A stretch of 64,000 nucleotides of DNA from Thermoplasmata archaeon (GTDB taxonomy: Archaea; Thermoplasmatota; Thermoplasmata; Lutacidiplasmatales; UBA184). Each line of letters begins with the position of its first letter. Positions within the stretch are counted from its first letter, which is position 1. The notes below the pieces were generated by a model. That model was not told the DNA's origin and searched no databases. It saw only the letters and a list, made by a program, of their open reading frames with translations. Both the position numbers and the translations under genes were made by a program. Location: positions 175,948 to 239,947 of the forward strand of contig JAKIWI010000003.1 of the NCBI GenBank assembly GCA_022750115.1. The letters are read 5' to 3'. This document shows positions 1 to 8,765 of the stretch, one piece after another.

Positions 1-1
1 C

Positions 2-1651
2 GCGCGGCAGAAGCGCGAGACGCTCACGACGATCGCCCACGAGATCGCCCACCAGTGGTTCGGCAACCTGGTCACGATGCGGTGGTGGACCGACATCTGG
101 CTGAACGAGAGCTTCGCGACGTTCATGGAGGAGAAGATGATCGAGCGGCTCCACCCGTCGCTCGGCCTGTTCGACGATTTCCTCCTCGATTGGGGCTCGT
201 ACGCCCGCCTCGGCGACTCGCTCGAGTCGACGCACCCGATCCACGTGCCGGTCCACCACCCGAACGAGATCGGCGAGATCTTTGACGAGATCTCCTACGG
301 GAAGGGCGCGAGCGTGCTCCGGATGGTCGAAGCGCTGCTCGGCGAGGAGGAGTTCCGCGCGGGCGTCTCCGAGTATCTCAAGCAGCACGCCTACGGGAAC
401 GCGAGCAGCGAGGACCTGTGGGCGGCGCTCGAGCGCTCCTCGGGCCAACCGGTCGCCCCGCTCCTTTCCGAATGGGTCCGCCGCCCGGGCCTGCCGCTCC
501 TCGAGGCCGACTCGGTCGGCGACGACGTCGTCGTCCGGCAGAGGCGGTTCCGGATGAGCGGCGAGCACAGCGACGAGACCTGGCCGGTGCCCCTCGGGGT
601 GTACCGCGACGGCGTCGTAGAGCGCAAGCTGTTCTCGACCCACGAGACGACGGTCCCACGGAACGGAGCGACGCCGTTCCACCTCAATCCGGGGGGTCTC
701 GGGTTCTACCGGGTCCGCTACGACGCGAAACTTCTGGGAGAGCTTCTGGAGGCGTTCCCCGGGCTACCTCCGATCGACCGCTGGGCGGTCCTGGTCGACC
801 TGTACGCGTTCGTCATCTCGGGGGACGCCACCCTGGAGGAGTACCTCCGCTTCGTCTCCGCGAGCCGCGACTCGACGGACTACCTGATCGTCCACGAGCT
901 CGCGAATCAGATGGCGTCCGTCCGGCCGACCCGGATCACTCCCCTGGGCGCGCTGATCGCCGACACCGAGCCGTTCCAACGCCACGGCCTCGGATTCTTC
1001 CGGGCGCAGAACGAGCGGCTCGGCCTCGCTTCGCTCTCCGGCGAACCGGACACCGACGGGATCCTGCGGGAGCGCGTGGCGCTCGGGCTGTTGCCCTACG
1101 ACGATGCCTTCGCCCGCCGGCTGGCCGGCCATTTCGACGAGTACGACCGACTCGACCCGAATCTCCGCGAGCCGGTCGCCTACGCCTACGGCCGCGTCGG
1201 CGGAGCGAAGGCGCGGTCCGTCCTGCTCGACCGGATCCCGGTCGCGCGGAACGAGGGCGACCAGATGAAGCTCGAACGCGGGCTGGCCGGGCCGACCGAC
1301 CCCGCGCTCCTGCGCGGCGCGCTCGACGCCCTCGAATCTTCGACGATCAACCGCGCCCACGTCTCGGTCCTGGTCTACCAGGTCGCTCTGAATCCGGCGG
1401 GCCGCGCCGTCGCCTGGGAGTGGATCACGCGCCGGCTGCCCGAGCTCGCCCCGTCCTATCGGGGGACCGGGCTCGTCAGCGAGATTCTCCAGTGGGCGTT
1501 CCCGTTCGCGAGCTTGGACCTCTCGGATGCCGACGCTCGGGCGCCGTTCGAGGCGAAGCCGCTGCCGGAAGGCGAGCGGGGTCTTCGGAAGGGGCTCGAA
1601 TGGCGGCGTCTCTTCCGCCAGGTCCGGCGGCGCCTCCACCCCAGCGACTAA
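2..1651 (+). CDS. M1 family zinc aminopeptidase (tricorn-interacting factor F2/F3-like), 5'-truncated by the window
   Basis: Frame from nt 2 reads IAHEIAHQWFGNLVTM..W..IWLNESFA (HEXXH-x18-E), then ISYGKG and an ERAP1-like C-terminal helical domain. Confidence 0.93.
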   Translation, partial: ARQKRETLTTIAHEIAHQWFGNLVTMRWWTDIWLNESFATFMEEKMIERLHPSLGLFDDFLLDWGSYARLGDSLESTHPIHVPVHHPNEIGEIFDEISYGKGASVLRMVEALLGEEEFRAGVSEYLKQHAYGNASSEDLWAALERSSGQPVAPLLSEWVRRPGLPLLEADSVGDDVVVRQRRFRMSGEHSDETWPVPLGVYRDGVVERKLFSTHETTVPRNGATPFHLNPGGLGFYRVRYDAKLLGELLEAFPGLPPIDRWAVLVDLYAFVISGDATLEEYLRFVSASRDSTDYLIVHELANQMASVRPTRITPLGALIADTEPFQRHGLGFFRAQNERLGLASLSGEPDTDGILRERVALGLLPYDDAFARRLAGHFDEYDRLDPNLREPVAYAYGRVGGAKARSVLLDRIPVARNEGDQMKLERGLAGPTDPALLRGALDALESSTINRAHVSVLVYQVALNPAGRAVAWEWITRRLPELAPSYRGTGLVSEILQWAFPFASLDLSDADARAPFEAKPLPEGERGLRKGLEWRRLFRQVRRRLHPSD

Positions 1652-2148
1652 GGGGACCGGGCGCGCGTCCCGGGAGTCGGGCGCTTCGACCAGGTGCCAT
1701 CGCCCTTCGCCCAAATGTACCACGTGCCGTGCGCCTGGCTGAGGCGGACCCCGTCGCCGTCGTAGAGGTTCCCCTCGGCGAACGCGAGGTGTCGGCCGCG
1801 GCGAACGACCTCCCCCCGCGCCCGGAGGCGCGCGCCCTTCACGGCGGGCCGCAGGAACTCGATGTACAGGCTGGTCGTCGCCGTGACCTCGTCGTCCCGC
1901 AGCGTCGTCACGACGGCGCCGCCCATCGCGGTGTCGAGGATCGTCGCGTAGACGCCGCCGTGCACGACGCCGTTAACGTTGAGGTGGCGTGCCTTCACTT
2001 CGCCGGAGACGACGCAGATGCCCGCACCGGTGCCGACCGGGTCGACGGCGAAGCCGACCGACTTGTGGAACCCGCCGAGGCCGCCGGGGGTGAGCCAGCT
2101 GGGCGGCGGACGGACCGGCTTCGGTTCGGGAGCGGACCCGCTGGCCAT
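1648..2148 (-). CDS. PaaI family hotdog-fold thioesterase
   Basis: HLNVNGVVHGGVYATILDTAMG motif; start placed at ATG 2148. Confidence 0.9.
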   Translation of the reverse strand: MASGSAPEPKPVRPPPSWLTPGGLGGFHKSVGFAVDPVGTGAGICVVSGEVKARHLNVNGVVHGGVYATILDTAMGGAVVTTLRDDEVTATTSLYIEFLRPAVKGARLRARGEVVRRGRHLAFAEGNLYDGDGVRLSQAHGTWYIWAKGDGTWSKRPTPGTRARSP

Positions 2149-2173
2149 CGTTCGCCGACGAAGCTCCACGGCT

Positions 2174-2181
2174 GATAAGTA
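2174..2181 (+). promoter_or_regulatory. Putative TATA box for the MVD-family gene
   Basis: GATAAGTA, 24 nt upstream of ATG 2205, in a GC-rich background. Confidence 0.5.
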
Positions 2182-2204
2182 GTCCGTTCCGTGGTCCGCC
2201 CTCG

Positions 2205-3221
2205 ATGGCGCGCCGGCCGGTGGAGGCGTCGTTCGAGGCGGCGCCGAACATCGCGCTCGTCAAGTACTGGGGGGTCCGGGACGAAGCGCTCGGGCTTCCC
2301 TACAACAGCTCGCTGTCGGTCACGCTCAACCGGCTGAGGACCCGGACGACGGTCCGCTTTGACCCGAAACTTTCCAGCGACCGGTTCCTCCTCGACGGCG
2401 AGGCGCAGTCGGGCGGTCCCCTCACGTCGGTCAGCGGCTTCCTCGACACCGTCCGGGCGATCGCGCGATTCGAGACCCACGCGCTCGTCCGCTCCACGAA
2501 CAACTTCCAGACGGCGAGCGGCCTCGCGAGCAGCGCGAGCGGGTTCGCCGCGCTCGCAGGAGCCGCCTCGCTCGCGGCCGGCCTCCATCTCTCGCCCGCC
2601 GACCTTTCGCGGCTCGCCCGGCTCGGGTCGGGCAGCGCCTCGCGCTCGCTGTTCGGTGGCTTCGTGGAGTGGCGCGCCGGGACGCGCTCCGATGGGCGGG
2701 ACTGCTTCGCTCGCCCGCTCCATCCGCCGTCGCACTGGCCGAGCCTCGTCGACCTGGTCGCGATCATCGCGGACGCGCCGACGAAGCCGGTCCGTTCGTC
2801 GGTGGCGATGCAACGGACCGTGGCGACGTCCCCGACCTACGCCCAACGGCAGCGCGAACTCCCGCGGAGACTGCGAGCGATGAAGCGGGCGATCGCCGTG
2901 CGAGACGCGCCGACGCTGTTCGACCTCACGATGGAGGAGTGCGATAGCTTCCGGAACGTCTGCGAGACGACCGTCCCGACGCTCGACTACCTCGTGCCGG
3001 CCTCGCGGGCGGTGCTCGCGGACGTGAGGGCCGCGAACGAGGAGAACGGTACGACGCTCGCGGGCTACACCCACGATGCGGGCGCGCACGTCCACGTGTT
3101 CACACTCCAACGTCACGCCGGAACGCTCCGGCGCCGTCTCGCCCGCATCCACGGGGTCGCGAAGGTGCTCGCACTCTCGCCGGGGCGCGGTGCCCGCCCG
3201 ATCCGCCGGTGGCGCGCCTAG
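2205..3221 (+). CDS. mvaD: Diphosphomevalonate/phosphomevalonate decarboxylase family (GHMP)
   Basis: NIALVKYWG, SGLASSASGFAAL, GSGSASRSLFGGF, and HDAG with the catalytic Asp. Confidence 0.9.
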   Translation: MARRPVEASFEAAPNIALVKYWGVRDEALGLPYNSSLSVTLNRLRTRTTVRFDPKLSSDRFLLDGEAQSGGPLTSVSGFLDTVRAIARFETHALVRSTNNFQTASGLASSASGFAALAGAASLAAGLHLSPADLSRLARLGSGSASRSLFGGFVEWRAGTRSDGRDCFARPLHPPSHWPSLVDLVAIIADAPTKPVRSSVAMQRTVATSPTYAQRQRELPRRLRAMKRAIAVRDAPTLFDLTMEECDSFRNVCETTVPTLDYLVPASRAVLADVRAANEENGTTLAGYTHDAGAHVHVFTLQRHAGTLRRRLARIHGVAKVLALSPGRGARPIRRWRA

Positions 3222-3691
3222 GCCGGCCGCCGCTTCGCCTTCTTGGAGGCGCCCTTCGACCCGCGCTTCTTCTTCTTCCCGCGCTTCGGGACCGTGTAGA
3301 CCTCGAGGACGATGTCGTCGGGGTCAACCCACGTCGCGCTGACGTAGCCCGGGGCGAACTCCGGGTGCTCCTCGGTGCGGAAGATCGGATAGAGCTCCGA
3401 CTTGGCGAGCCGGTCCTCGACGGCCTGCACGCGCTCCGCCGACTCGACGTGGAACGCGAGGTGCTCGGCGATAACCTCCTCCTCCCCGGTCGGGGCCCGT
3501 CGCTTGACGCGGGGCGAGCGTTCGTGGATCAGCCAGACGGTGAGGTCGCCGTCCGTGTAGGCGACGTACCCGGTGTCCTGGACGAACCGTCGGAACCCGA
3601 GCTCTCCGAAGAACCGGTCGTAGAACCACGTCGTTCGGGCGACGTCGCTGACCTCGAGGGAAACGTGACGGAGAGCGGCGGTGGGCGCCAT
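3218..3691 (-). CDS. VOC/glyoxalase family protein
   Basis: HVSLEVSD..FY, EHLAFHV, DPDDIVLEV; Lys-rich C-terminal tail. Confidence 0.88.
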   Translation of the reverse strand: MAPTAALRHVSLEVSDVARTTWFYDRFFGELGFRRFVQDTGYVAYTDGDLTVWLIHERSPRVKRRAPTGEEEVIAEHLAFHVESAERVQAVEDRLAKSELYPIFRTEEHPEFAPGYVSATWVDPDDIVLEVYTVPKRGKKKKRGSKGASKKAKRRPA

Positions 3692-3738
3692 CGCCCGGCA
3701 GACCCCCCGGGGCTCTTAACGGCGGAGCGCGGCCGCGT

Positions 3739-4035
3739 TCAGCCGAAGCAGTTCAAGAACAGTACGGCGAGCAGGAGAAGACCGGGGGCGTTGTTGGCGA
3801 GGTCCCCCGATGCCCCGGACTCGGCGATGACCCCGAGGATCTGGAGGAGGAGCGCGAGCCCGGCGAGGACGAGGAACAGCCGACGGCGCGCCGGCCCGAG
3901 GGGACGCGCGGCCGGGTCCCACCATCGCGAGGTCAGGACAACGATCGCGACGACGGGCGCGAGGACGACCGCGTCGAACGCGAACGGCAGGAGGAGTCCC
4001 TTGACGTCGATGAGGAACCCGACCAGGTAGACCAT
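3739..4035 (-). CDS. Hypothetical small membrane protein; true start may be upstream (CTG 4149)
   Basis: About 4 hydrophobic segments; frame stays open and coding-like back to nt 4161. Confidence 0.6.
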   Translation of the reverse strand: MVYLVGFLIDVKGLLLPFAFDAVVLAPVVAIVVLTSRWWDPAARPLGPARRRLFLVLAGLALLLQILGVIAESGASGDLANNAPGLLLLAVLFLNCFG

Positions 4036-4161
4036 CGTTAGCCCCGAGACGACGAGCCGGACCGTCTGCGGCTGAAGCCATCTCGGTGGCGGCGGGGGTG
4101 CGTCGGAATTCCCCTCGGGATCCGGCTTCGGCGCGCCGCGCGCGCTCAGGGGCCCGGCCCC

Positions 4162-4998
4162 CTACAGGATGTGCCGGTCGAAGTCGGACGGCGGAAGCTC
4201 GAGGCCCATAGCGTTCGTGAGGGGCGTGACCTCCTGAATGAACCGCTCCCGCGCCTCTTCGTTGGTCCAACGCTTGAGGCCGAGGGCGATCGCTTTGCGG
4301 CTCGTCTCCGAGTTGGAGTGGCCGAACATGTCGAGGGCGCGCGGGTACCACTTGTTGACGGCGGCCTGGGCCTCGGCCTTGTCGCCGTAGTACTTCGCCT
4401 CGTCTTTCGCGATGCGCCGCAGGACGGACGCGCCGAAGTTGAGGTGGAGCTGCTCCTCCGAGAGCATGAGCGGCATCGCGCGAGCGAGCGGCCCGTACGA
4501 GCATTCTTGGAACGCCCGCAGCTGGTAGACGCCGACCCGGTCGACGAAGCAGGTGAACGCGCCGACGTCGCTCCAGCGGTCGAACTTCATGTTGAACGCG
4601 TCGAGCTTGTGGTGGCCTTCCTCCTTCCCGAGGAGCTCGTCGATCATCTTCTGGCCCTCCTCGCCAAAGTCGCGGAGGATCCGGCACGCCTGGAGCCCGT
4701 GGCGGGCCTCGTCGGCAACGATCCGCGCCTCGATCCACCGGTCTTCGAGGGTCGGGGCCCGGTCGAGCCAGGGCCGGTGCTGTTGGATGGAGGCGAACTC
4801 GGTGTCCGCCTGGACGACCATGAGCTTCACGAGAAGCTTCCACATGTCGGCGGGGACCTCCTCGGCGGTCTCGTACTTGCGGACCCCCGCGGCGCTGCCC
4901 CACAGGATCTCGCGAACCGGTTCGATGGTGCCGCCGTCCTTCAGCGACTTCGGGACCGGGGCGCCCAGGTCCGTGCGCGGCCCGTCCGACTTCGCCAT
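4162..4998 (-). CDS. Ferritin-like di-iron aryl-CoA epoxidase subunit (BoxB/PaaA-like)
   Basis: QADTEFAS, DEARH, FVDR, SEEQLH di-iron ligands; KWYPRALDMFG as in PaaA. Confidence 0.85.
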   Translation of the reverse strand: MAKSDGPRTDLGAPVPKSLKDGGTIEPVREILWGSAAGVRKYETAEEVPADMWKLLVKLMVVQADTEFASIQQHRPWLDRAPTLEDRWIEARIVADEARHGLQACRILRDFGEEGQKMIDELLGKEEGHHKLDAFNMKFDRWSDVGAFTCFVDRVGVYQLRAFQECSYGPLARAMPLMLSEEQLHLNFGASVLRRIAKDEAKYYGDKAEAQAAVNKWYPRALDMFGHSNSETSRKAIALGLKRWTNEEARERFIQEVTPLTNAMGLELPPSDFDRHIL

Positions 4999-5018
4999 GC
5001 GGTGCGACCTTCTCTAGA

Positions 5019-5801
5019 CTACCGGCCCTTAAAGCTCGGTTTCCGCTTTTCGACGAACGCGGCGAGACCTTCCTTCGCGTCCTCGGTGACGAACAGGCGG
5101 TTCTGCAGCTCGCGCTCGAGCGCGAGGCCGCCGGTGAGCGGGAGTTCGACGCCCTCGAGGACCGAGCGCTTGATCAGGCTCACCGCGCGCGAAGGCCCAT
5201 GTGCCAGGGCCACGGCGTACGCGTGGACGTCCTTGACGAACGATTCCTTGGGGTACACGTAGTTCACGAGGCCGATCTGGAGCGCCTCGTCGGGGGTGAT
5301 CAGCTTGCCGGTGATCATCATGTCGAGGGCGCGGGACGTCCCGATGAGGCGGGGCAGACGCTGCGTGCCGCCGGTGCCCGGGAGCACGCCGAGGGTGACC
5401 TCGGGAAGCCCGAGCTTTCCGGAGTCCTTCGCCATCATCCGCAGGTCGCAGGAGAGCGCGATCTCGAGCCCGCCACCGACCGTGTGGCCATTGAGGGCCG
5501 CGATGACGACCTTCGGGGTCTTCGCGAACTTGTCGAGCGTCTCCTGCCAGTAGAGGCAGAAGTTCGCCTTGAAGTTCGGCTCGCTCGCCTTGAGCATCTC
5601 GATGTCGGCGCCGGCGCTGAAGAATCCGGGGGTTCCGCTCGCCAGGATGAGGACCCGGGCGTTGTCGTCGAACCGGAGCTCCTCGATCGCCTGGTCGAGC
5701 TCCTGGCGCATCTCGTTGTCGTAGGTGTTCGCCTTGCCCTTCGCGATCTCGATGTAACCGACGTGGTCCTCAACGCGCGTCCGGATGTACTTGCCTTGCA
5801 T
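5019..5801 (-). CDS. Enoyl-CoA hydratase/isomerase (crotonase)
   Basis: FFSAGADI, GGGLEIALSCD, LPEVTLGVLPGTGGTQRLPRLIG, F.EKRKP.FKG. Confidence 0.95.
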   Translation of the reverse strand: MQGKYIRTRVEDHVGYIEIAKGKANTYDNEMRQELDQAIEELRFDDNARVLILASGTPGFFSAGADIEMLKASEPNFKANFCLYWQETLDKFAKTPKVVIAALNGHTVGGGLEIALSCDLRMMAKDSGKLGLPEVTLGVLPGTGGTQRLPRLIGTSRALDMMITGKLITPDEALQIGLVNYVYPKESFVKDVHAYAVALAHGPSRAVSLIKRSVLEGVELPLTGGLALERELQNRLFVTEDAKEGLAAFVEKRKPSFKGR

Positions 5802-5879
5802 CGATGTCTCGCTCCGAGAGGGGTCGGGCCAACGGAGTGCCCGCGATAAAGCTGACGCGCGCGACGCGCACCCCCGAAC

Positions 5880-6587
5880 TCAGCGCGACCCGCGCGCCCG
5901 CCGCTCTTCGACGGAGCCGTCGGGTCGGCCGATCAGGACCGTATTCGCGAGGCCGACGAAGAGACCCGTCTCCACGACCCCCGGGAACCCGTGGAGCTCG
6001 GCGTCGAGGCGACCGGGGTCCTCGAGCACCCCGGACGGACGCACATCGAGCACTTCGAGCCCATTGTCGGTGCGGAACGTTCCCTTCCCGTCGGCGGCCG
6101 GCCGGACCGTTGCGGGGAGTCCGCGGCCGTTCAGTTCGGCGAGGAGCGAGTCTCGGGCGTACGGCACGACTTCGACCGGGATCGCCGAGCGGGACCCGAG
6201 GTGCTCCACGAGCTTGCTCGGGTCGACGATAACCAGGAACTGTTGCGAGCGTCGTGCCAGGTACTTTTCCCGGAACAGCGCCCCTCCACCACCCTTGGTC
6301 AGCGACAACGACGGGTCGACCTCGTCGGCGCCGTCAATCATGAGGTCGAAGCGATCTCCCGCGGCCAGCGCGCGGATTGGGACGTGGAGTTCCCGGGCGA
6401 GGGCCTCCGTCCGCTCCGAGCTGGCGACGCAGGTGAGGCCCCCTCCGTCCGGGAACCGGGCGGCGAGCGCGGAGACCGCGTGGGCAGCCGTGGTGCCCGT
6501 TCCGAGGGCGACGCGCATCCCGGGTTGAACCCGACCGACGGCCGCCCGGGCAGCGGCCGCCTTCTCCGCCTCGTGCGGGTCGACCAT
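5880..6587 (-). CDS. rpiA: Ribose-5-phosphate isomerase A
   Basis: LGTGTT, IDGADEVD, KGGGGALFREK, PGVVETGLF; start ATG 6587 with TTATAG at 6611-6616. Confidence 0.95.
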   Translation of the reverse strand: MVDPHEAEKAAAARAAVGRVQPGMRVALGTGTTAAHAVSALAARFPDGGGLTCVASSERTEALARELHVPIRALAAGDRFDLMIDGADEVDPSLSLTKGGGGALFREKYLARRSQQFLVIVDPSKLVEHLGSRSAIPVEVVPYARDSLLAELNGRGLPATVRPAADGKGTFRTDNGLEVLDVRPSGVLEDPGRLDAELHGFPGVVETGLFVGLANTVLIGRPDGSVEERRARGSR

Positions 6588-6714
6588 CGGCCGGACGGGG
6601 GTGGAATGCCCTATAAGCGGTTCGTCGGCCGGAGGAGGCCAGCCGCCGACACCCCAGACGCGAACGAGAGTGCGGCGCCAAAGTTGAAGGGACTCCTCCG
6701 TGTGGGCCGCGACC

Positions 6715-7428
6715 ATGGGCGCCACCGACCAGCCGGGTCCTCGCCCGGTCGTACTGTCGGTCGGCGGCTCGGTGATCTTGAGCGCGGACAGCGCCTCCGA
6801 TGCCCCCTACCTCACTGAACTGGCCGACGTGCTCCGGGAGTTCGGGCGGACCACCCCGCTCGCGGTCACGACTGGCGGTGGCCGGATCGCCCGGGAGTAC
6901 ATCCGGCTCGGACGCTTGCTCGGCCTCACGGAAGTAGAGCTCGATGAGGTCGGGATCGCGGTGACGCGAATCCATGCGCGATTGCTCGCCGCGCGCATCG
7001 GCCCGCCGACTCCGCTCACCCCCGCCGTGACGACCGAACAGGCGGCCCATGAGCTCCACCGCGCCTCGCCGGTCGTCCTCGGCGGCACCGAACCCGGGCA
7101 CACCACCGACGGCGTCGCCGCGATGTTGGCGGTTCGACTAAGAGCGGCCCGGCTCGTTAACGCGACCAGCGTCGCCGGCCTTTACGACCACGACCCACGG
7201 ACCCATCCGGACGCGCAGCGGCGGGAGCGTCTCGGCTGGGAGGAGTTCCGGGCGATCGTCCACGAGTCGGCCGGAGAGCACGCCGGCCAGGAGTTCGTCT
7301 TCGACCGGTTCGGGGCCGACCAGCTCCGCCGCGCCGGCATCCCGCTCGCGATCGTGGACGGGCGCGATCTGCCGAACCTTCGGAAGGCGCTCGCGGGGAA
7401 GCCGTTCCTCGGCACTTCCGTCGAGTAA
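6715..7428 (+). CDS. pyrH: UMP kinase (archaeal type)
   Basis: SVGGSV, TGGGRIAREY, PGHTTD, NATSVAGLYDHDPR. Confidence 0.93.
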   Translation: MGATDQPGPRPVVLSVGGSVILSADSASDAPYLTELADVLREFGRTTPLAVTTGGGRIAREYIRLGRLLGLTEVELDEVGIAVTRIHARLLAARIGPPTPLTPAVTTEQAAHELHRASPVVLGGTEPGHTTDGVAAMLAVRLRAARLVNATSVAGLYDHDPRTHPDAQRRERLGWEEFRAIVHESAGEHAGQEFVFDRFGADQLRRAGIPLAIVDGRDLPNLRKALAGKPFLGTSVE

Positions 7429-7485
7429 GGCGGCCGGCCGTCTCCTCCGCACAAGGGTTTTCCCTTCCCGTCGGTCGGCGCGCGC

Positions 7486-8124
7486 ATGGTCCGCATCGTC
7501 CTCCTCGGCCCGCCGGGCGCTGGGAAGGGGACGCAGGCGAAGCAGCTCGCGAAGCGGCTCGGGATCCCCCACCTCTCCACGGGGGACCTTCTCCGCGAAG
7601 CCGTCCGGGCCAAGACCCCTCTCGGGCTCGAAGCGGACGACTACATGCGGGCGGGCAGGCTCGTCCCTGACGACCTCGTCCTCCGCATCCTGCGCGAACG
7701 TCTCGCGCGCCCGGACGTCGGGCCCGGGTTCATCCTCGACGGGTATCCCCGAAACGTCGCGCAGGCGAACGAACTCGCTCGCATCTCCCCCGTCGACCGG
7801 GTCATCTCCTTCGACATCCCCGAGGGGGTGCTCGTCGAGCGGCTCACGATGCGTCGCTCGTGCCCGGCCTGCGGCACGGTGTACAATCTCTCGACGCGGC
7901 CCCCGCAAACCGCGGGGGTCTGCGATAACGACCAGACCGCCCTCCTCCAGCGCTCGGACGATACGGCCGAGGCGGTCCGCACCCGGCTCGGAGTCTACCG
8001 GGCGGAGACCGCACCGTTGCTCGAGCATTTCCGGCGGCTCGGGCTCTTGGCTCCGATCGACGCGACCGGGACCCCCGAGCAGGTCGCGGAACGCCTTCGT
8101 TGGGCCCTCGAATCGCGGTCCTAA
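7486..8124 (+). CDS. adk: Adenylate kinase (long LID, bacterial-like type)
   Basis: GPPGAGKGTQA, HLSTGDLLR, FILDGYPR, Zn-LID CPAC..CDND, QRSDD. Confidence 0.96.
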   Translation: MVRIVLLGPPGAGKGTQAKQLAKRLGIPHLSTGDLLREAVRAKTPLGLEADDYMRAGRLVPDDLVLRILRERLARPDVGPGFILDGYPRNVAQANELARISPVDRVISFDIPEGVLVERLTMRRSCPACGTVYNLSTRPPQTAGVCDNDQTALLQRSDDTAEAVRTRLGVYRAETAPLLEHFRRLGLLAPIDATGTPEQVAERLRWALESRS

Positions 8125-8143
8125 CGAGGCCCGCGCGCGAAGC

Positions 8144-8150
8144 CTTATAG
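8144..8150 (+). promoter_or_regulatory. TATA box of tRNA-Tyr
   Basis: CTTATAG 25 nt upstream of the tRNA 5' end. Confidence 0.6.
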
Positions 8151-8174
8151 TCCGAGCCTCCGTCGACCCGGCAT

Positions 8175-8280
8175 CCCGGCTTAGCTCAGTGGTAGAGCGG
8201 GGGACTGTAGTCAGGACCGTCGAAGTTCGGCGGCCCCCGTAGATATCCTCAGGTCGCCTGTTCGAGTCAGGCAGCCGGGA
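8175..8280 (+). tRNA. tRNA-Tyr(GTA) with 34-nt intron (8211-8244) at 37/38
   Basis: Acceptor CCCGGCT/AGCCGGG+A, anticodon GTA 8207-8209, T-loop TTCGAGT; BHB with CTGT/GTAG helix and bulges AG|T and AT|A. Confidence 0.95.
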
Positions 8281-8312
8281 CCTGAGGTTCCGCGGCCGGT
8301 CGGGCGCCGGCC

Positions 8313-8720
8313 CTACTTAGCGGCCTTCTTCAGCGGGGAGGTAAGTTCGACGATGTTCCCGTCCGGGTCGAACACCTGGGAATTCCGAAGACCCATCCGG
8401 GGCCGGTCGGTCGGGGGCGAAGCGATGGCGACTCCCTTGGCCTTGACGCGCTGGTACTCTTGGTCGGCATCCTTCATCTGGACCGCCAAGCCGAGGCCCT
8501 CGCGTTTCCACGCCCGCGGGGTCGGTCCTGCGAGCCCGCCGACCGTCCTCCCGAAGGCGTGGTCGAGGATCACGAGGACGCTCTTTCCGCCCGTGAACTC
8601 GGCGTAGGGGTTCTCCCCGTCACCCTTCATGCCGAGCGTGTCGCGGTAGAACGAAAGCGACGCCTCGAAGTCGCGCACGTTCAGCATCGGACCGAAGAAC
8701 TTCGGAGCAGCGGCCTTCAT
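8313..8720 (-). CDS. VOC/glyoxalase family protein
   Basis: LNVRDFEASLSFYRDTLG ... FDPDGNIVEL. Confidence 0.85.
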   Translation of the reverse strand: MKAAAPKFFGPMLNVRDFEASLSFYRDTLGMKGDGENPYAEFTGGKSVLVILDHAFGRTVGGLAGPTPRAWKREGLGLAVQMKDADQEYQRVKAKGVAIASPPTDRPRMGLRNSQVFDPDGNIVELTSPLKKAAK

Positions 8721-8765
8721 CGGACCGACGAGCCGACCGGGCTATTTCTACCGGCCGTTCCGTAC

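Noticed and set aside
418-2175. 585-aa alternative-frame ORF, and similar long ORFs such as 25224..28190, 27262..29727, 38425..41784, 11751..13664 and 60604..62703
   Set aside because: R/P/G/A-rich or antisense shadows of well-supported genes; expected at this GC content because stop codons are scarce.
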